A stretch of DNA of 64,000 nt from a virus (Duplodnaviria > Heunggongvirae > Uroviricota > Caudoviricetes), in IMG/VR virus record IMGVR_UViG_3300037067_008064, positions 252,177 through 316,176 of that record, one strand, 5' to 3'. Below, piece by piece: positions 29,830 through 39,261 of the stretch. A model generated the notes under the pieces. That model was not told the origin of the DNA. It saw only the letters and a program-made list of their open reading frames with translations, and made no database searches. The position numbers and the translations under genes were made by a program. Each line of letters begins with the position of its first letter. The first letter of the stretch is position 1.

Positions 29830-30474
29830 TTATTGTTGCCCTAATCCAAGTATAGGTTGTCCTGTTCTTCCAGGATTTTGAGGATTATTAGGATCTGATA
29901 ATTTATCTATTTCTTCTTTTCTTTGAATATCTATATTGCTATGTTGTATTTCACTTTCTTCAACTTCTGGTGTATTATTGAAATTCATACGTTGTTCCCA
30001 ATAATCTTTTCCGTAGTCTATTGTAAGTTCTTCATTTTTTTGTATACTTTTTTTTGCAATGAAATGCATTTGCCTTGTTGATTTATTATAAGCAAAATCT
30101 AAATTAGGTGTTTGTGAGTGTTTATATAAAGTTCCATAACCTAAAACAACACCATACATTTTTTGTCCTTTATCAATTTCAAATACTTTATCTTTTAGTG
30201 TTTCAATTGAAATTGCACTATCATTTAACATAATGATTGGGCAAATTTCTACAATGTCACCTTTATAAAAATTACCATTAGCTTTAACAGTATAATCTCC
30301 ATTATCTGTCTTAGTCCAATGTATTTGTGATGGTGAAAAATTATCTTTTTTTAAAGCCAAAGCATCAGATTTATCTGATAAATGAATTGGTTCTTTAGAT
30401 ATACTATCATTTTCTTCAAATGGATTGTAAAAATCTTCTTCTAATTTTGGTATTTTTATTTTGTTTTTAATCAT
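29830..30474 (-). CDS. SET-domain (lysine methyltransferase) protein
   Basis: KGDIVEICP ... GYGTLYKHSQTPN ... IAKKSIQKNEELTIDYG..YW. Confidence 0.85.
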   Translation of the reverse strand: MIKNKIKIPKLEEDFYNPFEENDSISKEPIHLSDKSDALALKKDNFSPSQIHWTKTDNGDYTVKANGNFYKGDIVEICPIIMLNDSAISIETLKDKVFEIDKGQKMYGVVLGYGTLYKHSQTPNLDFAYNKSTRQMHFIAKKSIQKNEELTIDYGKDYWEQRMNFNNTPEVEESEIQHSNIDIQRKEEIDKLSDPNNPQNPGRTGQPILGLGQQ

Positions 30475-30670
30475 TTGCTTCTTTATTTATTTCATCAGCT
30501 CTTTCTTGTGCTCTATCAATATCAAGATAATATTCTACTAATTCAAAATCATCTTCATTAACATCATTTGCGTCTTCAATATAAGCAGACGTTCCATCAA
30601 AAACAACAGCATATCTTCCAGAATTATCATAATATTCATTTAAACTTTCTCTAACAAACTGTCTTTTCAT
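30467..30670 (-). CDS. Small putative internal head protein
   Basis: N-terminal MKRQFVRESLNE propeptide-like motif. Confidence 0.65.
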   Translation of the reverse strand: MKRQFVRESLNEYYDNSGRYAVVFDGTSAYIEDANDVNEDDFELVEYYLDIDRAQERADEINKEAND

Positions 30671-31692
30671 ATTTTTTTATTTATTTTATACTGTTTAAGT
30701 GATTCAAATTTTTGTGATTTAAAATTGAGTATATAATTTTTATAATCATCTCCATATTTTTGTTTTAATAAATTATCGACTTCAACCCAAGTATCTTTTT
30801 TATCTTTATTTTTAATTTTATCTGGAAATACTGAAATTATATCTGGCATTGATTGTAATACTTCTATTTTTTCATCACCCGATAATGATAAAGAATTAAT
30901 AATATCTTTTATTTTACCACCTAAATCTGTAGAACCACTTGATAACATATATTGTATAATTTCTTGTGCTCTTGGCAAATCTTTGCTATAAATTTTATCC
31001 CCCCTTATTAATTCTTCATCTTCTAATTTTTGCATAAAATTTTTATTAAGATTAACAAATATTCTTTTCTTTTTTTCTAATGGAGATAAATTTTCAACCC
31101 CGGCTAATTTAGGAAGTTTATTTTGTATGGTATCAAAGAATTCATAAAATTCTTTTGGCTTCATTGTAGAATTAATAATTTTAGCAATTATTTTTTTATA
31201 AATAGGGTTATCAATATTTTCAGGGTTAATTAAAAAATCTATAATTTTATCTGAAAGTACATTGGCATCACCATATTTTTTAGCAATATCTCCAGTAATT
31301 AAAGTTTGTACTTCTCTAAAAATAGGAGTTTTTAAAATTGATTTAAGTTGGTCAGCTTCTAGATGCATTTCATAACCAGCAACATCTTCTAAAATATTAT
31401 TAATAGATTTTTTTACACCAGTAACCCATTTATTGAATTTTTCAGGATTTTTAGTTTCAGTTCCGTAATTATAAAAATTAGAATAATTAACTCTATTAAT
31501 TAATTCTCTAATTCTTCTAATTTGTCTTAATAATCTTTGAATTACAAATGATTGTGTTTTAGTTTTTGAGTTTTCTAAATTATAAATTTGTTCCATAAAA
31601 TCATCATAAGATGTCTTAATATTGAGATACAAATCTTGTTCAAGATTAAATTTCCTTTGGGCATTGCTCATTCCTTCTAATATATGGTTCAT
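30667..31692 (-). CDS. Putative internal head protein (start revised to MNHILE)
   Basis: ATG 31692 follows the upstream stop; N-terminal ILE site. Confidence 0.6.
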   Translation of the reverse strand: MNHILEGMSNAQRKFNLEQDLYLNIKTSYDDFMEQIYNLENSKTKTQSFVIQRLLRQIRRIRELINRVNYSNFYNYGTETKNPEKFNKWVTGVKKSINNILEDVAGYEMHLEADQLKSILKTPIFREVQTLITGDIAKKYGDANVLSDKIIDFLINPENIDNPIYKKIIAKIINSTMKPKEFYEFFDTIQNKLPKLAGVENLSPLEKKKRIFVNLNKNFMQKLEDEELIRGDKIYSKDLPRAQEIIQYMLSSGSTDLGGKIKDIINSLSLSGDEKIEVLQSMPDIISVFPDKIKNKDKKDTWVEVDNLLKQKYGDDYKNYILNFKSQKFESLKQYKINKKI

Positions 31693-31705
31693 ATTATTAT
31701 CAATT

Positions 31706-32857
31706 TTATTCTTCATATCCGCCAGTTGTACGTTCTTCATCAGATATTTCACTAGATGATTCACTAGATTGTTCTTCAATATCATCCGATACTAAAGCTA
31801 TAATTTTATCTATATCTTCTTTAGTTTTAACCTTTTTTTCTGATGTGCTGTTTGGATTTGTTTTAAGTGCAATTACAAATAATTCTTCTTTTCTTTTTAA
31901 AAATCTAAGTTTATCAGTTTTGGAATCATTTAAATAATAATAAGTATCTAATTTAACATCTTTATCATCTAAATAATCAAGTAAATCATCAAGTTCGGGT
32001 GCATTAGTTTCTTTTCTTATTTTTTCAACTACCAAAAATACTGTTTGTATTTCTTTTGGTGTAGTATTTTTAACATTAATTTTTTCACCGCTAGCATTTT
32101 TTTGATAAGATTGTATTGATAAATTATCTCCTTCTCTATTAAATACAATATAATTAGTATAACTTTCTTTGGTATAACTATATTCTTTTTGAAATTCAAT
32201 AGGTGGGTTTTGTTTCTTAAAATATTCTTCAACTACATCTATTGTATATGCTTTTTCTTCTAAACCTTCTTCTTCTTTTTTTCTTTGTTCTTCTGCTTTT
32301 TTAGCTTCAACTTCTAATTTTTCTATTGCAGCAGAAATTTGTGCTTTTACTTCATCTGTCCATCCTAAAGCATCATCTTCTAATTTTTTCCAAAATTTTT
32401 GTTTACTTGCTGTAGATAAAACAACCCATAATGTTTGTAGGGCTAACTGTCCTTTTTCTGTTATGATAGCACCTAATAATGATTTATCTGTTATAAAGTT
32501 ATTTATTTTCTTTTCATATAATGCCATAAGTCTATCAATTGCATTATTTAAATCTCTAAGTTGTTTTACTTGAAATTCACGAAATTGATCTCTCATCATT
32601 TTTTTAAGTTCTTTTGCTCTAAAAGAATCTTTCATTTTATCAACTTCTTCTGTTTTAGCGTCCATTTTATTTTTATAATCGAGAGCCTTTTTGTAGAATG
32701 GGTTAATAACTTTATTGAAGATATCTTTTTCCATTTGTTTTTGAGAGGCGTTGATTTTATTTTTTGCACTATTATATTTTAAGCTTCTTGTTAAAATATT
32801 ACCAGTGTGTTTTTCTGCTTCAATAAGTAAATTTTGGTTGGTTGTTATATTAATCAT
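31706..32857 (-). CDS. Putative internal head protein, helical
   Basis: N-terminal LLIE-A; first gene after the late-type motif. Confidence 0.6.
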   Translation of the reverse strand: MINITTNQNLLIEAEKHTGNILTRSLKYNSAKNKINASQKQMEKDIFNKVINPFYKKALDYKNKMDAKTEEVDKMKDSFRAKELKKMMRDQFREFQVKQLRDLNNAIDRLMALYEKKINNFITDKSLLGAIITEKGQLALQTLWVVLSTASKQKFWKKLEDDALGWTDEVKAQISAAIEKLEVEAKKAEEQRKKEEEGLEEKAYTIDVVEEYFKKQNPPIEFQKEYSYTKESYTNYIVFNREGDNLSIQSYQKNASGEKINVKNTTPKEIQTVFLVVEKIRKETNAPELDDLLDYLDDKDVKLDTYYYLNDSKTDKLRFLKRKEELFVIALKTNPNSTSEKKVKTKEDIDKIIALVSDDIEEQSSESSSEISDEERTTGGYEE

Positions 32858-32869
32858 AACTACATTTTA

Positions 32870-32913
32870 TTTTATATATTCAAAATTTTATTGTTCCCAA
32901 TGAATATATATTA
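32870..32913. promoter_or_regulatory. Divergent pair of GAATATATA promoter motifs
   Basis: Minus copy at 32870-32881 and plus copy at 32902-32913, between divergent genes. Confidence 0.6.
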
Positions 32914-32933
32914 AAATAAAATCATAAAGTCTT

Positions 32934-33335
32934 ATGTTACCATTTTATAATGAATCTGATTTAAAAACTAAGGTATTTGTATATCTTTTAAAATTATTAG
33001 GTCACGCTGATCAATTGAGAATTAATCATTGGGAAACGACAATTTTTGCAGAACATAAAATGACAGATGAGTTAGTTGGTAATCTCCATGATTTAATTGA
33101 TAAATTGGCCGAAGCAACGATGGGTATTTATGGAAGACCACAAATTAATATGATAACAAATCAAATTTGTGATATTAAATTATGCAATACCAAAACAATT
33201 TTAGATGATATAATTAATTTAACTAATGATATCAATAAAGAACTTCAAAAAACTGAAAATGAAGATTTAAAAAATATTGTTGCAGATATATTTGAAACCA
33301 CAAATAAATCTAAATATTTAATAACCTTAGAATAA
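32934..33335 (+). CDS. Ferritin/Dps-like four-helix protein
   Basis: HWET ... EH ... DEL ... IDKLAEA.MG.YGRP. Confidence 0.7.
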   Translation: MLPFYNESDLKTKVFVYLLKLLGHADQLRINHWETTIFAEHKMTDELVGNLHDLIDKLAEATMGIYGRPQINMITNQICDIKLCNTKTILDDIINLTNDINKELQKTENEDLKNIVADIFETTNKSKYLITLE

Positions 33336-33395
33336 AATTTTTAAAACTTTCTTGATTAAATTTCGTATAAATTGTAAACAATTAAATTTACATTT

Positions 33396-34523
33396 ATGAT
33401 ATTAGACTATGATGAAAAACAATATCACAGAGCATTGGTTTGTGATGTTGATGATACATTGTCTTTAACTACCACAAGAGATTGGGAAAACGCGGAACCA
33501 TTATGGCCGGCCATTAATCGTATTAATGAACTATATGATGATGGTTGGTATATAATATTATTAACTGCGAGAGGACAATTATCATGTCAAAGAGATACAG
33601 CTAAGGCGGATGAAAAATACCGTGATAAAATGGAACACTGGCTTAAAGAGCATGGTGTTAAATATCATATTCTTTCATTTAATAAATACTTAGCATCTTA
33701 TTATATTGATGATAAAGGTTTAAACCCAACTGAATTTATTGAACTCGATATTAAAACAATTAAAACTGGTTGGAGTGGTGCTAATGTTGAAAAACGCGGT
33801 GACAGAATTTATAAGACACACCCGGATTCACTTAATGCAGCAGCATGGTATAAAATGGCATCTCCATTAGTTAATTGCCCTATAGTTCACAATGTAATTG
33901 GTGAAACAATATGTTTGGAATTCCTTAATACTAATGGTAAAAATTTTAAAATTGATGATGTACATAAGGATATAGAAAAGTTTTCTTTATATAAAACATA
34001 TGTACCATTTTCAACTTATATAAATAGAATGAAACTACACTGTGAAGCTAATAATGATTTTTTTGAAGTGCTCCCTCTCTTATTAGAATATGAAGATGTA
34101 TATAATGCTAATAATTCTTTTTGTCATGGGGATTTTTCAATAGAGAATATAATACAAACTAATGATGGTATGTTTCTTATTGACCCTATTTATAATCCAA
34201 ATAATTGGTCATCATATTTATTAGATGTTTCTAAGATGATGCATTCTTATCGTAAATATAAAAGGATGTTTGAATATTCTGTATTCATGAATTACTATTT
34301 AACAAAAGGAATCGCAGGATTAAAATATAGATTTAATAATGTTCTTAATGAAAAGGAACTTTATGATTGGTCAAAGTCTATATTGCAATTATTAGAAGTA
34401 ACACAATGGATTAGAGTTGTTCGTTATTGTCCAGATAAAGAATTAAAAAAACAATATATTGATTTAATTCACAGAATGTTAATACAATTACAAACTAATA
34501 AAGAACTTTCAAATGATGTATAA
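33396..34523 (+). CDS. HAD phosphatase fused to APH/choline-kinase-like phosphotransferase
   Basis: CDVDDTL, LTARG, YIDDK; CHGDFSIENII ... FLIDP. Confidence 0.85.
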   Translation: MILDYDEKQYHRALVCDVDDTLSLTTTRDWENAEPLWPAINRINELYDDGWYIILLTARGQLSCQRDTAKADEKYRDKMEHWLKEHGVKYHILSFNKYLASYYIDDKGLNPTEFIELDIKTIKTGWSGANVEKRGDRIYKTHPDSLNAAAWYKMASPLVNCPIVHNVIGETICLEFLNTNGKNFKIDDVHKDIEKFSLYKTYVPFSTYINRMKLHCEANNDFFEVLPLLLEYEDVYNANNSFCHGDFSIENIIQTNDGMFLIDPIYNPNNWSSYLLDVSKMMHSYRKYKRMFEYSVFMNYYLTKGIAGLKYRFNNVLNEKELYDWSKSILQLLEVTQWIRVVRYCPDKELKKQYIDLIHRMLIQLQTNKELSNDV

Positions 34524-34563
34524 AAATGTTAAAACTTTTATAAATTTAATGAATATATAATAT

Positions 34564-34737
34564 ATGGAAGATTGGTATACATCAAAACAAATTTTAGATT
34601 TATTTAAGATACATAGGCAAACTTTAAATAATTGGAGAAACAATGGAACAATTGTTTATAAAAAAATTAATGCTAGAAAATTTATGTATCAACTTCCAAA
34701 ATCTAAAATAATTAATAATGTAAATGAAATCAATTAA
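34564..34737 (+). CDS. 57-aa MerR/excisionase-type HTH protein (not in ORF track)
   Basis: MEDWYTSKQILDLFKIHRQTLNNWRNNGTI ... RKFMY; preceded by GAATATATAATA at 34551. Confidence 0.75.
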   Translation: MEDWYTSKQILDLFKIHRQTLNNWRNNGTIVYKKINARKFMYQLPKSKIINNVNEIN

Positions 34738-35404
34738 TTATGTTTATATAATAACAAATTTAATAAATAGTAAACAGTATGTTGGTGATCATATAGATTA
34801 TTCAAAATTATTAAAAGATAATTATTTTGGAAGTGGAAAATTAATTAGAAAAGCTATTAAAAAATATGGCAAACAAAATTTTAAAAAAGAAATTTTAGAA
34901 CAATTTAGTACTAAGGAAGAAGCTTTTAATGCACAAGAAAAATATATACAACAATATAATACATTACAACCAAGTGGTTATAATATAAGTCCTAAAGGTG
35001 GTAATCAAGTTTATAATGGAATGTCAGAAGAAGGAAGAAAAAGATTGAGTGAATTTCATAAAGGAAAAAAAGTTTTAGAAGAAACTAAAAAAAGATTGAG
35101 TGAATCTTTAAAATTAGCATATAAAGAAAATAGAAAAAATAAAATTACATCTGAAATAACTAAAGAAAAACTAAGACAAATTAATTTAGGTAAAAAACTT
35201 TCTAATGAAACAAAATTAAAAATGAAAATATCTCAAACTGGTAAAAAGCTTTCTAATGAAACAAAATTAAAAATGAGTTTAGCAGCAATGGGAAATAAAA
35301 ATGGATTAAATAATAAAAGTTGGTTAGGAAAAAAATTATCAGAAGAACATAAAGCAAAACTAAGAAAACCTAAAAGAAATAAAATCATAAAATTAACAAA
35401 TTAA
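34724..35404 (+). mobile_element. GIY-YIG homing endonuclease with NUMOD3 repeats
   Basis: YVYIITNLINSKQYVG ... YFGSG ... KYGKQNFKKEIL; GKKLSNETKLKM x2. Confidence 0.9.
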
Positions 35405-35409
35405 CAAAA

Positions 35410-35946
35410 ATGGACCAAATAGCAAGTACAAAAACAACCCCAAAAATTTTAAAGCAGTTAACAAATCTTTTAACTGAATTTAATGGAAAACCAATTACTA
35501 TAAATATACTTAATGAAGGTGTAAAAGTAATACAAGGTAAGAACCGCATATACCGTATGCAAGCATATCTTTTTAAAACTGAACAAGAAATAACTAAGTT
35601 TTTTTCTAAAATTAAAGAAACAGTTACTCATATTTATATTTTACCAAATTATGTGGTGAATAGTCTTTATTGGGGAGAACCTAATTGTTATAATATAATG
35701 GCATGTTTCTTTCCATTTTCAGAAGAGGCAGAAGCAAGAATACAAAACAGGGGTGGTATGGGAAGTGAACCTAATAAAATATATAAATACAATTATCTTA
35801 GTTTTATAGAAGGTGGTGCAAGTGTAGCTGTTGTATTTAATAATAAAAGAGTATCAATTAGACATAATGTTAAATTTTCATCATCTTATATAAATAAAAT
35901 TATGAAAAGCCCCGATGTTTTTACAGCTTTTAAAATAACTGAATAA
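35410..35946 (+). CDS. Hypothetical protein
   Basis: ORF. Confidence 0.65.
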   Translation: MDQIASTKTTPKILKQLTNLLTEFNGKPITINILNEGVKVIQGKNRIYRMQAYLFKTEQEITKFFSKIKETVTHIYILPNYVVNSLYWGEPNCYNIMACFFPFSEEAEARIQNRGGMGSEPNKIYKYNYLSFIEGGASVAVVFNNKRVSIRHNVKFSSSYINKIMKSPDVFTAFKITE

Positions 35947-36302
35947 TGTATTCACAAGAAGAAAAGGATAAAGAAATAGAAATATCTTGTGTATTTGATA
36001 TTGAAAATGTTAAAGATACATTTAAAAAAGAATATCCAAATAAAAAAAGAGATATTAAAGATTATTATTTTGACCAATCAAAGCGTTGTGTTATTTTTGG
36101 AGATAGAGCAATAACTTCATTTTATACTCAAACTGGTGTATCACAAATAGATGAATGGTTTAGCAAACAAATTAGAAATGGAAGTAAATTTACATCAAAG
36201 GAATTAGTTAAAATGATAAGAAGAAATCCACACCTACATAATGTAATTAAAACAAATCTTTTATATAATCTTACAAATTATAAAAATGTTTCCACATATT
36301 GA
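35946..36302 (+). CDS. Hypothetical protein
   Basis: ORF. Confidence 0.65.
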   Translation: MYSQEEKDKEIEISCVFDIENVKDTFKKEYPNKKRDIKDYYFDQSKRCVIFGDRAITSFYTQTGVSQIDEWFSKQIRNGSKFTSKELVKMIRRNPHLHNVIKTNLLYNLTNYKNVSTY

Positions 36303-36741
36303 AAAATTAAAAAAAGAAGGTAAGATAATTGGTTTTACTGCATCAACTTCTGATTTAGCCCACCCTGGTTTTATTGATATGCTTATGCAAGCTAAAACAC
36401 AATGTGATTATCTAGTATTTGGTTTATTAACAGACCCAACAATTTCGAGACCTGATAAAAAAAATAAACCAATTGAAACTACATTTGAAAGATGGCTACG
36501 TCTTAACGCAATTAAATATATTGATATGATTATACCTTTTGATACTGAAGGAGATCTTAATGTAATGATTAGATTAATTAAACCACATGTTAGATTTTGT
36601 GGTAAAGAATATGAACATGATTTAGAACATACAGGAAGAAATATTCCAGATGTTAAAATTATTTATAATGACAGAGACCATAATTGGAGTTCAACATTAT
36701 TAAGGACTAGAATATATTCAGCAGAACAATTAAAAAAATGA
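36286..36741 (+). CDS. TagD/RfaE-like cytidylyltransferase
   Basis: GFTASTSDLAHPGF (HxGH variant), CDYLVFGL.TDP, KPI ... ER, R.H.WSST.LR. Confidence 0.85.
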   Translation: MFPHIEKLKKEGKIIGFTASTSDLAHPGFIDMLMQAKTQCDYLVFGLLTDPTISRPDKKNKPIETTFERWLRLNAIKYIDMIIPFDTEGDLNVMIRLIKPHVRFCGKEYEHDLEHTGRNIPDVKIIYNDRDHNWSSTLLRTRIYSAEQLKK

Positions 36742-36959
36742 AAATACTTGAATCATATAAAGAAATTAACAAAGATGATTTTTTTGAACGTAAAGTTTCA
36801 TCTGATTTTTATTATATTTATAAAGTTAAAAATTTTATAATAGATGATAATGAAACAGAAATATGTCTTTTGGAATGTTATGATAATGAAAATATAACTG
36901 GTGTAACAGCAATAATTGATTATAAACAATTTATTAAAAATTACAAAAAAATAAAATGA
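36738..36959 (+). CDS. Hypothetical protein
   Basis: Operon-coupled ORF. Confidence 0.6.
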   Translation: MKILESYKEINKDDFFERKVSSDFYYIYKVKNFIIDDNETEICLLECYDNENITGVTAIIDYKQFIKNYKKIK

Positions 36960-37186
36960 AAGTAAAAATTTACAAATTAATGGAAGCACATTTAAGTGCT
37001 AATTTACCCGGTGATTTATTGTCTAATTCAACAATGCCAGTATTAACTTTAATTAAAGAAATTGAATGTTATGATTGGACATATAATACTGAAGATAAAA
37101 CGGTTGAATGCGAGGATAAAGATGGAAATGTGTTTGGATTATTTTATGTTAGTGAAGAATATTATATTGAGGAAGAATCAAAATGA
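36956..37186 (+). CDS. Small hypothetical protein (paralogue of next gene)
   Basis: MKVKI.K ... IK.I.C.D ... FY ... YYIE. Confidence 0.6.
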   Translation: MKVKIYKLMEAHLSANLPGDLLSNSTMPVLTLIKEIECYDWTYNTEDKTVECEDKDGNVFGLFYVSEEYYIEEESK

Positions 37187-37380
37187 AAGTAAATATTTTA
37201 AAAATAAATAGGTCAGTAACTGGTAATTCAGATACACCTGTAGTTATTAAACAAGTAGTATGTGACCGTATGGTAGCACATAGAAATAGAATGGAATTTA
37301 GAAGTGAAGCTGATAAACTTATGACTTGTTTTTATTTTAATAGTGATAGTGATTATATAATTGAAAGAATAGAATTTTAA
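37183..37380 (+). CDS. Small hypothetical protein (paralogue of previous gene)
   Basis: MKVNI.K ... IK.V.CD ... FY ... YIIE. Confidence 0.6.
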   Translation: MKVNILKINRSVTGNSDTPVVIKQVVCDRMVAHRNRMEFRSEADKLMTCFYFNSDSDYIIERIEF

Positions 37381-37399
37381 AATAATTCAATAATAAATT

Positions 37400-38479
37400 A
37401 TGATAATAGATGGCATTGATTTAAGAAATAATAATTTGAGTGTTCCAGTTGAAGAATTGGAACATTTAGAAATATGTAAGCAATATCCATATCCTAAAAA
37501 TATTACAAAGCTTATTAATGATAAGCCTATTAAATATGGAGAAGAATTGTTTCCATTATTTAATGTCGTTAATATTGAAACAACTTCTTGGTGTAATTAT
37601 GATTGTTGGTTTTGTCCTTCACCTAAATTGAATCGTGAAAAGAAAGAAATGGATTTAGAATTATTTAAAAAGATAATTCTTGATTTAAAAGAAATGGATT
37701 ATACATGTGAAATAAGATTGCATCAATCAAATGAACCTATGACTGACCCACATATTGAAGATAAAGTTTGGTTCGTTAAAGAACAACTTCCTAAATGTGC
37801 TTTAGGATTTACAACTAATTTTTCATTAATGTCTTATGAAAGATTACAAAAACTATTGGATAGTGGTATTAATTTTTTATCTGTTGAAGCTTATAAATCT
37901 GAAGTACAATTTAATAATTATTTAAATATGCTTAATGTACTTAAAGGTAGCAACCCGGGTAAAAAAATAATTATTAATGCCCAAGCTGTTGATGGTAAAT
38001 ATAGTTTTGCACAAGAAAAAACACATTATAAAAATGGACAGTTTTATGTTACATTAAGTAGAAGATATCCAAAGAAGGAAGAAGAAAAATTTACAGATTA
38101 TAATAAAAGTTCTATTACATCTCGTTTAGGTTTAGTTGAAAGTAAACGAAAATGTAATGTAGGATATTGTACTAGGCCCTTCAGACAATTACAAGTAAAT
38201 TACAATGGATATATTATATTATGTTGTGAAGAATGGCTGTACACACCTGATGCAATGATGGGTGATTTAAACAAGAATACAATTAGTGAAATTTGGAATG
38301 GGAAAAGATTCTTTAAATATAGAGAAACTTTGCAACATACTTTTCCTAAAAGGATTATGAAACCCTGTAGTGAGTGCAATTTTTCAGGCGGAACATGGAT
38401 TTTTAATATCCGCCGTGTAGACTTCACAGGTAAAACAGAAATAATTAAAAAAGAAAAATCCAAAAAACTTTTCAATTAA
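37400..38479 (+). CDS. Radical SAM enzyme with SPASM/Twitch domain
   Basis: CNYDCWFC, NEPM; C-terminal CTRPF ... CC ... CSEC. Confidence 0.9.
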   Translation: MIIDGIDLRNNNLSVPVEELEHLEICKQYPYPKNITKLINDKPIKYGEELFPLFNVVNIETTSWCNYDCWFCPSPKLNREKKEMDLELFKKIILDLKEMDYTCEIRLHQSNEPMTDPHIEDKVWFVKEQLPKCALGFTTNFSLMSYERLQKLLDSGINFLSVEAYKSEVQFNNYLNMLNVLKGSNPGKKIIINAQAVDGKYSFAQEKTHYKNGQFYVTLSRRYPKKEEEKFTDYNKSSITSRLGLVESKRKCNVGYCTRPFRQLQVNYNGYIILCCEEWLYTPDAMMGDLNKNTISEIWNGKRFFKYRETLQHTFPKRIMKPCSECNFSGGTWIFNIRRVDFTGKTEIIKKEKSKKLFN

Positions 38480-38500
38480 AAATAGATAAAAATAAAAATT

Positions 38501-38686
38501 ATGGAATATTTAATAAAGTTAAAATTTAATTTATTTAGATGGCTATGTTGGCCAATAGATTTAGCCGCATTATTTATATTAGTGTACTCCGGTATTAATT
38601 TTTGGAGTGCATGTTTATTAATATTCACACCGGCCCTTTTTAATTATTTAGATGGATTATACAGAGGATATAAATATGGAAAATAA
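38501..38686 (+). CDS. Small membrane protein
   Basis: Hydrophobic segments. Confidence 0.55.
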   Translation: MEYLIKLKFNLFRWLCWPIDLAALFILVYSGINFWSACLLIFTPALFNYLDGLYRGYKYGK

Positions 38687-38966
38687 TTTGCCAATTGCAT
38701 TGGCCATTGCATCTCAATCTGTAGAATTAGATAATATTAAAATTAAACCAGTTACTACAGAAACTGGTATAAGATGTTCAATTTGTGTTTTAAATAATGG
38801 AAATTGGAAAAATAAATTAATTAAAAAATGCTCTCAATATATAAATAAAGATATTAAAAATTCTTTAGAAATTAATAAAGATATAACATTTTATCCATAT
38901 ACGTTAGGTGATATAAAATTTAATTGGTTTTTTGTAACTATTAATTTGCACTATGAAATTAAATAA
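38652..38966 (+). CDS. Hypothetical protein
   Basis: ORF; start may be the internal MENN. Confidence 0.55.
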   Translation: MDYTEDINMENNLPIALAIASQSVELDNIKIKPVTTETGIRCSICVLNNGNWKNKLIKKCSQYINKDIKNSLEINKDITFYPYTLGDIKFNWFFVTINLHYEIK

Positions 38967-39261
38967 TATAAAAACAATTGGAATTATTGGTGATATAAAT
39001 GATGAAATATCTAAATCAATTAACCAAGAATTTAGTCCTAAATATAAAATTTATAGGTATTCTTATGGAGGTAACACTGAATTAATATTTCAAAGTAATG
39101 ATAAAGAGTTATTTATTAAAGAATTAGTTAAAGCATATAATTCTGTAGGTTGTATTGATGGTATAGGAATTTCATTTACAATTAATAATATGGAAACTAT
39201 TGGTGCTTATTTTAATAATGAAGAATTAATAAGAAAATATATTGAACAAAATGAAAAATAA
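38953..39261 (+). CDS. Hypothetical protein
   Basis: ORF. Confidence 0.6.
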   Translation: MKLNNIKTIGIIGDINDEISKSINQEFSPKYKIYRYSYGGNTELIFQSNDKELFIKELVKAYNSVGCIDGIGISFTINNMETIGAYFNNEELIRKYIEQNEK

